From positions 10,416,001 to 10,480,000 of the forward strand of contig CP075494.1 of the NCBI GenBank assembly GCA_021613535.1: 64,000 bases of DNA, given 5' to 3'. The position numbers were made by a program, and so were the translations under genes. This stretch comes from Adineta vaga. Its lineage: Eukaryota > Animalia > Rotifera. This document shows, piece by piece, positions 1 to 12,267 of this stretch. Under the pieces are notes generated by a model, which saw only the letters and a program-made list of their open reading frames with translations, was not told where the DNA came from and did no database searches. The number at the start of each line of letters is the position of its first letter. The stretch's first letter is position 1.

Positions 1-815
1 ACATGAAAAACTTTGATTTGTTTTCTCTTGTATTATATTACCTTTATCGAATACATCACTAGGTGTTTCGTACTATAAATTCTATTATCTTTTCGTTCAT
101 AGAGAAAAAAAAGGGATTATATTATACAATACATTTGTTTATGCATGAATAATCTCGAAACGAAATGATGTCAAAATATATTTTGTATTTCTTTACACTG
201 AAAAAATTCAAATTAACATCTGATACAATCCATTAATATCAGGCATTTTCACTGAGGTTTCTATGTGTCAATCATCATGCTATATGAAACAAAATGTGTA
301 GGCGATCATTTACTATACGTCAGTTAGAATGTAAATTTTTCTTTTTCTTTCTTCTTCGTCGTTACTTTTTTTTTTCCTTCAAGCATGAAAAAAGAATGAG
401 CGTACATGCATGTTTTTTCTTTCTTTTTTTCATATTTAGCTTATCAAAAGCTTTTCTTCTTCGTCTATTTTTCTCGTTCGAATGCAAACATCTGCCTATT
501 TCTTTTGAATCCAAGAAGAAGAAAAAAATCAAATTAGAGAGAATATTTAGTATCCCACTTTCCTTGTTTCTCGCGGTCGTTCTCTATTTTTCTTCCTCAT
601 ACCGGTGATGCTTTGAAAGAGAGAAGAAAAAGTGAGAGAGATAAAAGTTTCTAACATCACTGGAGCTGAACACATCATTTGCGTCGATAGACAAAGAACG
701 AGTATATTTTTCCTTCAGATAGATTACTTTCTTCTCGAACATTACAATGGCGAAACTAGTTTAATTCTTTTTTTTGATATATTTTGAATAAAACGCCAAA
801 GAAAATTACTGAACA

Positions 816-1801
816 ATGTCATCGAAATCAGATCATAAACAAGAACTCTCTCTAACAGCATCAGTTTCACAACAAATGGCTCGACAATTAGAAGCAGCTG
901 CCGAATGTAAGTACTCAAATTTCATTGATCAGCACGGACAAATTAGCAATATGAGATTATCTTTTGAAATATGCACTAAAAATCCATGTTATTAGTTATT
1001 TGGAAATTCTGTCAAAAATAATCATGAATTATATGTTTTTCGAGGTTGAGCTAATAGACTGTTGTTCTGTAATATCTCAATATTGATTCAAGTTTTTTCT
1101 GCTTTTTTTCTCTTGAAGAAACGACAACAGAAGTACTTAATTTTCTTCTTTGTTCTTTGTTTTTAGCTGATGAAGAAGAAATTCCTGTCAATGCTTCTGC
1201 TTTAAGCCTTGGTGTTCGTGCACAAAAGAAACTTCTCAGGTATTTCTTTCGTCTTGTTTCAATTAAGTTTTGACATCGAGTCTATTTTTTGTATAGTAAA
1301 TTATCCTCAAAATCAGTCGCAAAAATCTTCATTGATGAAACAAGTGGTCGAATTTTAGATACTATTCATAAATTAGCTCGAAATTATTCGGGTAAACGTG
1401 ATGCAGATAAATTATTGAAATCGATTATAAAAACTATTGTAAAAATGGGTATTTTATATAAAAATGATTTATTTACTGATCATGAATTGAAATTAATCGA
1501 TGAATTTCGTAATCGTTTTCATTCGTTAGCAAAATCGATTATAACATTATATGAAGTTGATTTTAAATTCGATCGATCCGTTCTTACACGTATGTGTAAA
1601 GAATGTCAAGATTTAACACATAAAATTATCTCAACACATTTAACACCCAAATCACATGCACGCATTGATTTCGTCTATAATTATGTATCAAATTTAGATT
1701 TTCTTGAATTTTCATTCAATCCAAATTCAACAGTCAATCGTGCAATGATTAAAGAAATTGTTGAAGATATGCAGTCATTGATGGATGCTGGTTTTCTTTA
1801 A
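816..1801 (+). CDS. TNFAIP8: TNFAIP8/TIPE family protein (3 exons: 816-906, 1167-1239, 1297-1801)
   Basis: Spliced translation gives ...SLGVRAQKKLLSKLSSKSVAKIFIDETSGRILD...KSIIKTIVKMGILYKN...HLTPKSHARIDFVYN, matching TNFAIP8 family motifs. GT-AG introns keep the frame. Confidence 0.92.
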
Positions 1802-1920
1802 GTTTTCAAACAATGTTTATCAGACAATGACTATTCTTTGTATTTATCACAAATGCTTTACTTTTTCGTTTTCATTTTTTATTTTGAAAAATAATAAAAC
1901 ATATACATATAAATATATTA

Positions 1921-2459
1921 CTATCTGACCGAAGACGATGATGTTGATGATGATAGACGTTTAAGAATACTTGCTAATGCAATTAAATCACGAAAATCTA
2001 ATTGACCATTGTGATTTGTATCCACAATATCAAAAATAGCACGCGCTAAATGTTTACTAACAAAACCTAAACCCATTTCTTTAAGTAGAATTTCAACATC
2101 TTCAACTGTGATTTTTCCATCACCATTTTTATCCATTGATTTACACTAAAACAAAATCATACATAATGAATTGATTCTTAAATAGACGTGTCTATTTCAC
2201 ATACCATTTTATATAGTTGTTTAACATTACCAACACCACTTTTTCCGTCACTTTGTTTGTTGAAAAATCCACCTAATCGATTAGATGATCCTTCAGAAGA
2301 GTTTTTCATCATAGGTTTAGATTGTTCAGAAATATCGAAATCTTCTTGACGAACTTCATCGACATACGATCGAACATCATTAATTCCAGCATTGCGAAAC
2401 ATTTGTGCAAGTGTGCCATTTTGAACATCATTTGGACTGAAATTTTGTAATTGCTCCAT
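1921..2459 (-). CDS. Two-EF-hand calcium-binding protein (2 exons, ~2459-2204 and ~2145-1921)
   Basis: Canonical EF loops DKNGDGKITVED and DTNHNGQLDFRD. The upstream ORF (MEQLQNF...LYKM) joins through a ~58-nt GT-AG intron. Confidence 0.85.
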
Positions 2460-2601
2460 TGAATCTGTTAGATATTTGAATGTATAACACACGTGAATCT
2501 ACTTCAATTCGTGTTATATATCCGAAGAAAGAAAGAAAGAAAAAGGAGCGGAGGTGTATTCAACTGATAGACAGACGTATGACAGGATTTTATTCATTTG
2601 A

Positions 2602-2613
2602 AATGACGTCATT
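2602..2613. promoter_or_regulatory. Palindromic CRE/ATF site (AATGACGTCATT) upstream of the EF-hand gene
   Basis: Perfect TGACGTCA core at 2604-2611, about 150 bp upstream of the EF-hand ATG. A half-site TAACGTCA lies at ~2636. Confidence 0.45.
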
Positions 2614-2952
2614 GACAGAAAGAATAAATATACGATAACGTCATAGGATTGGTAATCTTAAGATTTTGTTCTTGACAATAATGATTCAACTTAGATATTA
2701 AATAAGATTTATATTTAATGATATGTTGTACAAGAGGATTCTAGTTAGAGATTGAATAAGAAAGTAGCAAATACAGGTGTAATACGATGAAAATGATCAA
2801 AAGAATGAATGCTTGAAGTTGTGTTTTTTGACAAATATATTCTTGATTATCAACATTAACAATAGGAAGAGTTTATAAAAGGTTCTCTGCTTTTTGTCTG
2901 GTGAAAGAGATAAGAGTATAAAAGACAAGAAAAAAAGATAACTTCGACATCG

Positions 2953-4757
2953 ATGGAAAGTAGTCTATCTCTTTGCTTCGAAAAACCCAATGAAGTAGAG
3001 ACAATTTTGAAAAGAATAGATGAACATCGACAAATTAAGACAGAACAGTTTTAAAATGTCTATCTAATTTGGCTGGATAGTAACATAGACAACAGTCGTG
3101 TAGAGTGTCAAAGTTCACTTAATCAATTAAGATATTTTGTAAATGACGTAAAGACATACACGAATGGTGATCAATGTATTAAATTCATTCAAAGTATCAA
3201 GGATCGTAAAACTTGTATGATTATTTCAGGATCACTTGGTCAGGATATTGTACCTCGCGTACATCCTATGTTTGAGGTCGACTCTATTCTCATCTTTTGT
3301 GGTAATAGGAAACGTGATGAGGAAGGTATTAAACAATGGCCAAAAATAAAGGGAATCTTTACAGACATTACTTCCGTTTGTGAAGCCCTCGCACAAGCCA
3401 TACAACAGTGTGAACGCAATGTTCTGTTAATGAGCTTTGCGACATCCAGCAAGAATATGAATCAATTAGATTTATCATTTATGTATACACAATTATTTAA
3501 AGAGATATTATTAACAATTTAATTTGAAAAAGAACAAATTCAATATTTCATTGATTCTTGTCATACTGCATTTAATGATAGTATAAAAGAATTGGAGAAC
3601 ATCAATATTACAACCATACACCTATCTGGTGGTACACGTATAGTTGTTTTCTCAGTTCCATGCTGAACCATGGCTTACGAACGATGGATGGGAATATTAT
3701 CACACAAATGGGTTTCTTTATTAGCGATCTTCATCGACAAATTGAACAATTACACAAGAAACAATATGCTGATCAATCATCAACTGAAAGCTTCATAGTT
3801 TATCGTGGACAAGGTGTATCAAAAACAGAATTTGACCAATTGAAGAAAACAAAAGGTAGATTGATGTCATTTAATAACTTCTTGCTAACTACAAAGACAT
3901 GTGAAGTTTCATTTCAATTTGCTAAAGAAGTAACAATGAATCCCGATCTAGTAGAAGTTCTTCTAGTAATGACAATTGATCTTGCTGAAACAACGATACC
4001 TTTTGCTTCTATTCGGAATATTACTTATAGTCAAAATGAAGATAATGTTCTTTTTTTCATGCATAGTGTATTTCGTATTCATGATATTAAATCAATAGAT
4101 AAAATCAATCGAATTTACGAAGTAAACTTGACAATAACTACTGATCGTCATCGAGAAGAGAGTCTTCGAGATGCAGATAGATGGGCTAATCTAGCTTTAG
4201 TATTGGACAAAATAGGTCAATATAACAATCCCTTACAGATTTATGCAATGTTACTTCGTCAGACAAATGATGAGAAGAAAAAAGCACAAATCTATAATCA
4301 ACTTGGTCGTATCAAAAGTGAGCAACGAGAATATCAAGAAGCCATTCTATCACACGAAAAAGAACTTGTTATCAATGAAAATCTTCTTCCTCCCAATTAT
4401 TATCATCTCGCTGCCGTTTATCAAGATATTTCACTTCCTCGCTCTCATCCTAGTATAGCTTCATCCTACAACAATATTGGTAAGATTTACAATCAAATGA
4501 AGTATTTCGTCAAAGCTCTTTCTTATTTTGAAAAAGCTCTTATCATTTGGTGACTCTCATATCCACCTAATCATCCTCGTCTAGCTATGATTCATCACGA
4601 AATGTTAGATGATCATTCCAACGCTCGTCTATCTTTTGAGAATGCTGTTCAAATTGCGCAGAAATCATTATCATCAAATGATCCTACTCTTGAAATTTAC
4701 AAAAATAAACTATCAAATATCAGTTCCATTAATCAGCTAAGTAGAAATATATGTTGA
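2953..4757 (+). pseudogene. Pseudogene of a receiver-like / ADP-ribosyltransferase / TPR protein
   Basis: ATG at 2953. In-frame stops at 3052 (F*NVYLIWLDSNID), 3520 (LLTI*FEK) and 4551 (IW*LSYPPNHP), and a frameshift near 3600 (into HTPIWWYT). The ART motif VYRGQ is retained, but the STS and ExE motifs read FLLTT and EDN. TPR remnants continue to 4757. Confidence 0.88.
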
Positions 4758-4834
4758 TTTTGTAATCTATAAGATTTATTAAAATAATTTTCAATTGAAA
4801 TTCTTTATTTAAAAATAAAAGTGCGAAGAAATTT

Positions 4835-5635
4835 TTATCGAACAGCACGTGTTCGTAATAAAATTGGCATAAAATTTTTTTCTTCAACTCGATGTAAATG
4901 CATTCGGTTATTAATTAATTCTGGACTTGGTCGTGCATGACGAATTTGTTGAATACTTGGAAAATAACTTTTTGTTATTTGTTCAATTCTTTCATGTAAT
5001 CGTTCATGAATTGATGCAGTTGATTCTTGAGAAAGATTATCGAATGACGTTGCTGCTGATATTTTCAGGTTTGTATCGATCGAATTTAAAGAACGTTTGG
5101 ACGATCCTCGTGTATGTAATGTTTTTGTTGCTGTCAGTTGAGGATGATGATTATTTTGCCACATAGTATTATTTTTTGATTTATATTTATTTTGATCATC
5201 AAACGATGCAAATGAATCGTAGAGAAATCGATCTCCTGCTGATGAATGAGATTGATCACCGTCATCTTTTATAGTCTTGGATTTGTTCGATTTATTCATT
5301 GTTGTTGGAAGAGATTTTAATATTCGATGATGATACCTCAAATTTCTCGATGGATTTGAAACAGTTTCAGTTATAGTTGAAATTGTTTCTACTGTCATTG
5401 TGTTCGTGTCAACAAATAGATTAACCAATGGAGGACCAAGAAGATGTTTAAAACGAACTGGAGAACGAGGTTTTATTGTTTGATTCAAAGTTTGTGATGG
5501 AGGATGAAATCGTGTACGTGAACTTTTTGATGAAGGTATTGTACAAAAGATTTCATAAGTATCAGCTGAAACAATTGGTAAAGATAGATCAATATGATGA
5601 ATAGCTCGACCTGGATGATTTTCTTTCTTGGTCAT
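4835..5635 (-). CDS. Uncharacterised Ser/Thr/His-rich protein (266 aa)
   Basis: Long open frame with codon texture like neighbouring genes, and a splice acceptor (ttag) just upstream of the ATG. No domain recognised. Confidence 0.6.
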   Translation of the reverse strand: MTKKENHPGRAIHHIDLSLPIVSADTYEIFCTIPSSKSSRTRFHPPSQTLNQTIKPRSPVRFKHLLGPPLVNLFVDTNTMTVETISTITETVSNPSRNLRYHHRILKSLPTTMNKSNKSKTIKDDGDQSHSSAGDRFLYDSFASFDDQNKYKSKNNTMWQNNHHPQLTATKTLHTRGSSKRSLNSIDTNLKISAATSFDNLSQESTASIHERLHERIEQITKSYFPSIQQIRHARPSPELINNRMHLHRVEEKNFMPILLRTRAVR

Positions 5636-6730
5636 TTTGATAATCTAACAAAATATGTTGAATACATACGAATATATTTCATATTCAATTAATGCAAAGA
5701 AAAGAAAAGAAAAGAAAAAGACGTAAATCTAATCTTTTTTTTTCATTATGAAACCTTTTCATTTCATTGTTTGATCTATCGAATATTTGTCTAGAAATTA
5801 GATTTCGATATTATATAAATGAACACAAATTCTAATCCGCCTTGGTAAAATTAATCATAACATTCGTTGTGATTGGAGGACGATATTCACTAGATAATAT
5901 AATTGAAAAATAATCAAATCACAGATCATCAAGCTGAGTAGGATAATATTCAATGAGTGACGTATGATGCGTAGCAAAAGAAAACATTGACGATTGGATC
6001 AGAATCAAACAACAACAAAATAATGTGTAGAGAACATTGAATTTCAGTTTTTTAATCACTTGCAGATTGATGATGACCGTCATTGCTTACAGTTTGCACA
6101 GCATGAAATCGTAACAAGGGGAGGAGAAGACATAATCCAATATTTTCGATATGGGGAGAAAAAGAGACCTAATTATTTGATTTTACAGTAATGCGATACG
6201 AATGAAGAGAAAAAAAATCAGCTGATTTCATCAAGTTTTATTTCTAATAAGTTTATTATAGTTTGTCATCTAAATGATACAAAAGAAATTAATATGGTTA
6301 CTATGTATACAATGCAATTAAACTCTCTTATCTCCCTATGTTGTCTCTCAATCAGACACAAGTTCAATAGAAACTATAGTTCCGAACTACTTTCTATTTA
6401 GGTAACCTTTACATAAAAGAACTGTCATTGTCTGTAAAATCAGGTATTGTCTCTCGCTCTTCTATTTTCATATCGATCTAATGATAACAATCACTGTGAT
6501 ATTACTGGTTGATGTTCATATACACAAATATATATATCAACATACATTGTAAAAACAATCTAGCGTGCTCTCTTCTAACCAATCATTGCTCATCTTGAGA
6601 AAATAATGAGATATCTTCCGTTTTTTTCTTTCAATAGTAATCCACTCATTGGTTCATCTTTCTCCTATATATATATATATATAAACTGTACAGTTAGATC
6701 AAAATTAGTCTTTTCGGAAATAAACGAAGA

Positions 6731-7377
6731 ATGAGATTTGTTGGTAGACCCTTTTCATTTCTAATTGATGATATTCTTAAATCATCTAATTCACATCATT
6801 GCCATTGTTCACATGTACAAACGGATTCTACATGTGTAAGCTTTATTCATCATAGACGTTGTCGACGAACACGAACAGTTTTTTCCGGTATGTGTTTATT
6901 TTGACAATCTTTTGAAATAGATATGAAGTTCAGCTTTTGCTCTACTAGATGCGCAATTAGTTAATTTGGAAAAACGATTTGAAACACAGAAATATCTTTC
7001 AACATCTGATCGAATTGAACTTGCTAATATGTTACATTTATCACAATTACAAATCAAAACTTGGTACCAAAATCGTCGAATGAAATGGAAAAAACAAGTT
7101 TGTCAAACATTTTTCTATATATCCTTTTCATATTATGGATCCATCTTAGGTTTTACAAGACGGTTATCAAGAAGTACCAACTAAACCCAAAGGTCGTCCA
7201 AAGAAAAATTCGATTCCGTCTTACGCTGAATTACAACGTCTGCAAAATGATAAACAAATTGGTGTATTGACGATTTCATCCTCTGGTACATCCGATGATG
7301 AATATACATCGCAATCAACTCATTGTTCTCATGATAATGATGATGATGATGATGAATTTATCGATATTGAACAATAA
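6731..7377 (+). CDS. Barx: BarH-like homeobox protein Barx (exons 6731-6887, 6949-7097, 7150-7377)
   Basis: N-terminal eh1 motif FLIDDIL. Homeodomain [57 protein letters not shown], followed by the Barx-diagnostic basic region [14 protein letters not shown] and an acidic tail. Confidence 0.92.
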
Positions 7378-7688
7378 GATTTCTTTTGATTCTTATGTAT
7401 AAAATTCGTGTTTTGCAATAAAAGTCTTGATTGTCTGATAATGCAAAAAAGGTCCATACAAAATTTATTTTAACATTAAATTTTGAGCACAAATTTTCAA
7501 ATCCAAGCTCATACAATATTTCAAAACAGAGAAAAGAAAAGACTGTACAAAGAAAACAGACATTATTATTTTGATATTCAACAAACTATTGCTAAAAAAT
7601 AATTATGATCCTTCAACGATGACTAGACTTCATCAGATCAACATACGAAAGAGTGAAGAAAGGGAGAGAGAGAGAGAGTGGTTTTTCT

Positions 7689-10018
7689 TCAACAAGGAGC
7701 CATCACAAGACAATTGCCACATAATTTGGTCTGTCCAATACAATCATCATGACAATAAGCACCGCATTTTTTACATGCGATTAATGGTTTACATTCACAT
7801 GTACATTTATAATTAGCTGTTCGACTGGCTGCTAAAGATGCAGATAATGCATCGAATAATTGTTGTTTTCGTACTGCTGCATCAGTACCATTAGATATTT
7901 GATGTACTTGTTGTAGTTGTTGTTGTTGTTGTTGTTGTTGTTGTTGAACAAATGTGGTCGTTGATGTTGTTGTTGGTACACGAACAGTTGTAGATATTGG
8001 CGTTTGTTGAATAAGATTTCCTATGGGTGTTGTAGTTTCAGATACTGTTGAAGATGAATCACGACGAATGATTTGTTGTAAAAAGACTTGTTGTTGTGGT
8101 GTTAAAGTTGTACTTGTTGCAGGAATTAATTTCGCTGTTTGTTGTTGAGGCATGTTGACAACAAAAGCATTAACACGTGCTTGTAAGGTTTGTTGTTGAG
8201 TTGATGAATCTGTACGAGTGACCAGTAAAGTTGGACGGGATGAATCATAATTACCTGAAAAAATGATGACCATAATTATGTGAATAATTACGAATAACTG
8301 AATTGTAGAGAAAGAAGTGTTGGTCTTTTGACCGTGGGAATGATTTATGAAAGCCTTGCAATCAATAGAGGAGAAAAAATCTCTTTTCTCGTAATATGAG
8401 AGAGTTATGACATCGGTTTCTTCTTCTTTCTTTCTTTTCCTTTTTCTTTTTTTATGTCCTTGCTCGTCTACAATAATAAATCGACATCTCCGCAAGGTTC
8501 CACATGATTCAAACTGCTCGAGTGAAACAGTATATTGTTCTTGAATAGAATACGATGTATATATCGAATACTAAAGCAACAAATCGATCAAATATAGCTT
8601 TTATTCTTACTGGTATCCATCATTTGCTGTTGTTGATTGATTTTTGCTACTTGATTTCTTGCTACAGCTTTTAAGGCAAGTGCTTGAGCATTTTTCGTCG
8701 TTTGAGAAATATTTGTTGTTAACCAACCAGCTGTTGTCGTGCCATCGTGACTGACCTTTTTATTGATTGCTGGTGCAATAGGTGAATAAGATGTTGTTGA
8801 TTGTTGTGGTTTAACTGGTGATGCAAGAACAATATGCATCGGTTCAGAAAATTCCCCATTAGTTTTAATTAAAATTTGTTGTAATGATTCTCCACTAATT
8901 GTTGTTTCTTTTTTCGTTTTTTTAGTTGTTTTAGCTTTCATTATACCACCAGGTTCTTTCTTGATTCTTGGTGATGATCCTTTCTTTTTCGGTGTATCAA
9001 TAGTTGTGAGTGTGTCTGCTTGAGTAGGAATTGTCGAAAGCATCATAGTATTGATGCTGGGTAAGGATGAACTAGCATCCGAAGAGAGAAAGGCAAAAAG
9101 ATCGTCCGACGAACCTAGAAATGAAAGTTTATTCATCGATAATAGACGTTCTTTCTTTCTGTTAATTTATCTCATTCATTTCAAACTGACAGATTTTATT
9201 TATCTTTTTTTGTTATTAAAACAAACGAGAGAAAGAGATTGATCACTTAACTTCCTTCCTTCCGATTTCAATTCATCTACCTGTATGGCTTGAAGTTGAA
9301 TTCATTTGTACATCTTGTTGAATATTTGCTGTGATATTTTCTACGATCATTGTTGTTTGTTGTTCAGGTTGATGAGCTTCACCAACAGATTTTAATTCTT
9401 GTAAAATACTATCAAAATCTAAGTTGATTTGATTATTAGAATTTTGAATTAATATTTGTTGAGATTGAGTATTGGTTTGTGCAATTGTCGTGTTTATTGA
9501 TGAATGATTGATATTTTCTAACATTGAACTTGTGAATGGATCGAATGTTTCCGAAAATTCGTCGAAAAGAAATTGTGTAACCGAATTATTCTGATTATTA
9601 TTATGTGTTGAATTCTAAGAGAAAAATGAAGCAAATAATGAACGTTAGATCGAAATCAATATATTGTCGTTTCTTCTTCTTCTTCTTCTTGAATGTGTTT
9701 AATAAAAAAGAAAGAACAGGCACATCGATGATCGATCATCAATTTCTTCTTTTTCTTCGTTCTTATGAGTTCATTCGAATTACATTCAGTTCTATTCTCA
9801 GTTTTTTTTCTGTTCTTCTTCGCCTTTTTCTTCTTCTTTCTCGCCCCATCTTCTTTTCTCATTATCAGAAGAACACACACACATATACATACCACGGTCC
9901 GTCGTCGCTTTTTTTTTGTTGCGACGATTATACACAGTTTAACATATATCTAGATCGCCGGTGTCGAAGAAAGAATCAATACTGTACACTGACGATGATG
10001 AATGAAGTTCAATGCTCG

Positions 10019-10065
<47 letters not shown>

Positions 10066-11594
10066 AACTAGCATTTCAAGCAAAAGAATAACACATGGTG
10101 GAAGAAAAGATTTGATGAATGTATGTATGTATGTATATAGATATATATTATTTGAACTGGTAGTGTTTAGAATAACAACAACAGGAGTATTACGATGCCG
10201 ACGACGACGATGTGTCTTGAAATTGGAGACAAAAGAAGAATTGCTTATATATATTTTTTTTTCTTCTTTTTTTTCTGAGCTCTAATACTGGTACTGCTTG
10301 TCGATGCAACAGCAGTCATTCTTTTCTGTTTTTTTTCTCTTTAAAAAAATGCGCGCATGTGAGTGATTTCTTTTCTGTCTCTTTCATTCTCGGCTCTCGA
10401 ACAGGCACATACTATGATTATTATCCTCATCATCGATGTATTTTGACTTGTCGCTTTGGCGTGTGTAAAATGTAGAACAGCTTTTTTGTTATAAATGGTC
10501 GTCGTGGAACGCTGAAGAGTGAGAGAGAGCGACTAACATAACCGATCACATTCTTTTTTGCCGTGTAAGGAATAAAGCAAAAATCCCGACAATGATAAAA
10601 GCAAATGCGTAAGTAACCGTCAAATTAAAACAGAATTTTGCTGAATAGTTTGTCAGTAGAGTGAAGACAAGAAAAGCAAAAGAAGCAGTATTATTAATAT
10701 ACCGCATGGTCGAATATGATAACGCAAAAAATACGAGACTATTTGTAAACTTATTGATAAGAAAAATCTTTTTGAAACATACCAATAGAAGAGAATCAGT
10801 TGACGATGAATTGCTGAATAATGATGAAGGTAAGATTGAATTAACATGTTCCGTAAGTGTTGGATTTTGTACCAGAGTTGAAGATCTAAGAGAAAAGATG
10901 TTAGCTGTAGCGTTTTAGATATTTCGATATAAGTTTTTCTCGTTAGTTCACTCTAATTTGATGTTCATCTACACTCAAATAAGAAAAAGTAAATTTCGAA
11001 AGATAACAACGCTAATTCGTCAACATATATATTCATAGAAATAGCATCACATTGTTCTTGACAATGAGACATCGATTCGCTTTATGATCTTACATCATCC
11101 GTTCACTTTGTGTAGTTATTTCAGATTTAATCACATTCACTATGGGACTTGAAACTGTTGTATCTAAAATTAAGAAAATAATGAACGAAGAAATTTATTT
11201 TCAGTTAGAACATACTTGTTGTATTCAAAGCTGCCGCAGCAGATGCTAAAAATGAGAAAGAAAATCATTGAATTTTTTTTCTTGAATTAATTTACAACAA
11301 ACCTTTTCGTTTTAATGCAAGTTGTTCTCTTATTTGTGCTAATGTTCGTGTTTGTTGTACAGCAACTACTGGTGCGACGATTGGTTTAATAGGATCTTCA
11401 TTTGTTGCCATTTCATAGATAGGTGAAACAATTCTTTTCATACCTTGATTTTGTGAGTTAGTTTTAGAACTTTGCCAATCTTCATCTGTTTCATCAAGTT
11501 GTTCATCATTTGGAACAACCGATGGTGGAGGAGTTGGTTTGGAATAATTGTAACTATTCTTGTCCGCTGTATTGGTACCTTTAACAACTTTCAT
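7689..11594 (-). CDS. Asx: Additional sex combs (Asx/ASXL)-like protein, ~7 exons
   Basis: C-terminal [32 protein letters not shown] is the ASXL-type [12 protein letters not shown] in exon 1 resembles ASXL RTLADIKA. Exons at ~11594-11302, 11247-11216, 11163-11092, 10885-10783, 9617-9280, 9114-8604 and 8253-7689. Confidence 0.8.
10023..10062. repeat. (TC)n microsatellite in an Asx intron
   Basis: About 20 uninterrupted TC units. Shorter GA/TA/CAA runs are scattered through the window. Confidence 0.95.
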
Positions 11595-12267
11595 TTTAAT
11601 TGACTGAATTCAATTCAAATCATTAATTTTAAAATTTTTCTTTAGTTGTTTCTCAAAACTGACAATAAGACGAGACGAAGAGAAATAATCTATCATGAGT
11701 ATTCATTGTTGAACCAATCAAATAAGAAGAATGACTGCACACGATATAGCTATGCATTTCGATAGAGGCGGTAGATTGAATGTGAGATAGGAATGGAGGA
11801 TACTTAGTGATGCGCGTATGCGCAGATTGATCATCATGCAAATACGATAAGATATCGAGATTTCCATAAATCTTGTTTAATCTGCTAATTACTTAATAGT
11901 TTATTTTTTACTTGAATAATTTGCACATGGGAGATAGCAGACGGATGTTTTGGTGCTGCTTGTTATACATTTTGTTCGTTTAGTATTGGCAACGCATATA
12001 TTCTGAAATGTTTCTTCGAACAAAAGACACGCCCACCCACACCCTCAAGTTATCTAATTTTTTTCGTGTATGAGAACAATGATCATGACTTCATTCATGT
12101 GAAAGTACGAGTGTTATTAAAAATTCATTTAATCTCACGATGACAACTCACATTTGGCTGACAATTTCAAATCAAATCAAATATTATATTTCTTAAAATG
12201 AATATCTCATATTGAAAAGAAAAACGGCACACGAATATACAAAAATGTCTTATAAATAAGATTTATA

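Noticed and set aside
294-608. 104-aa Phe/Lys-rich ORF
   Set aside because: Arises from T/A-rich promoter or 5' UTR sequence of TNFAIP8 and has no protein-like composition.
3520-4553. Stop-codon readthrough or an alternative genetic code to rescue the ART-TPR copy
   Set aside because: Both TAA and TGA occur, together with a frameshift and lost catalytic residues. Neighbouring genes use the standard code.
9605-10285. 226-aa plus-strand ORF and overlapping small ORFs
   Set aside because: Lies antisense within an Asx intron and translates microsatellites (SLSLSL, FFFF).
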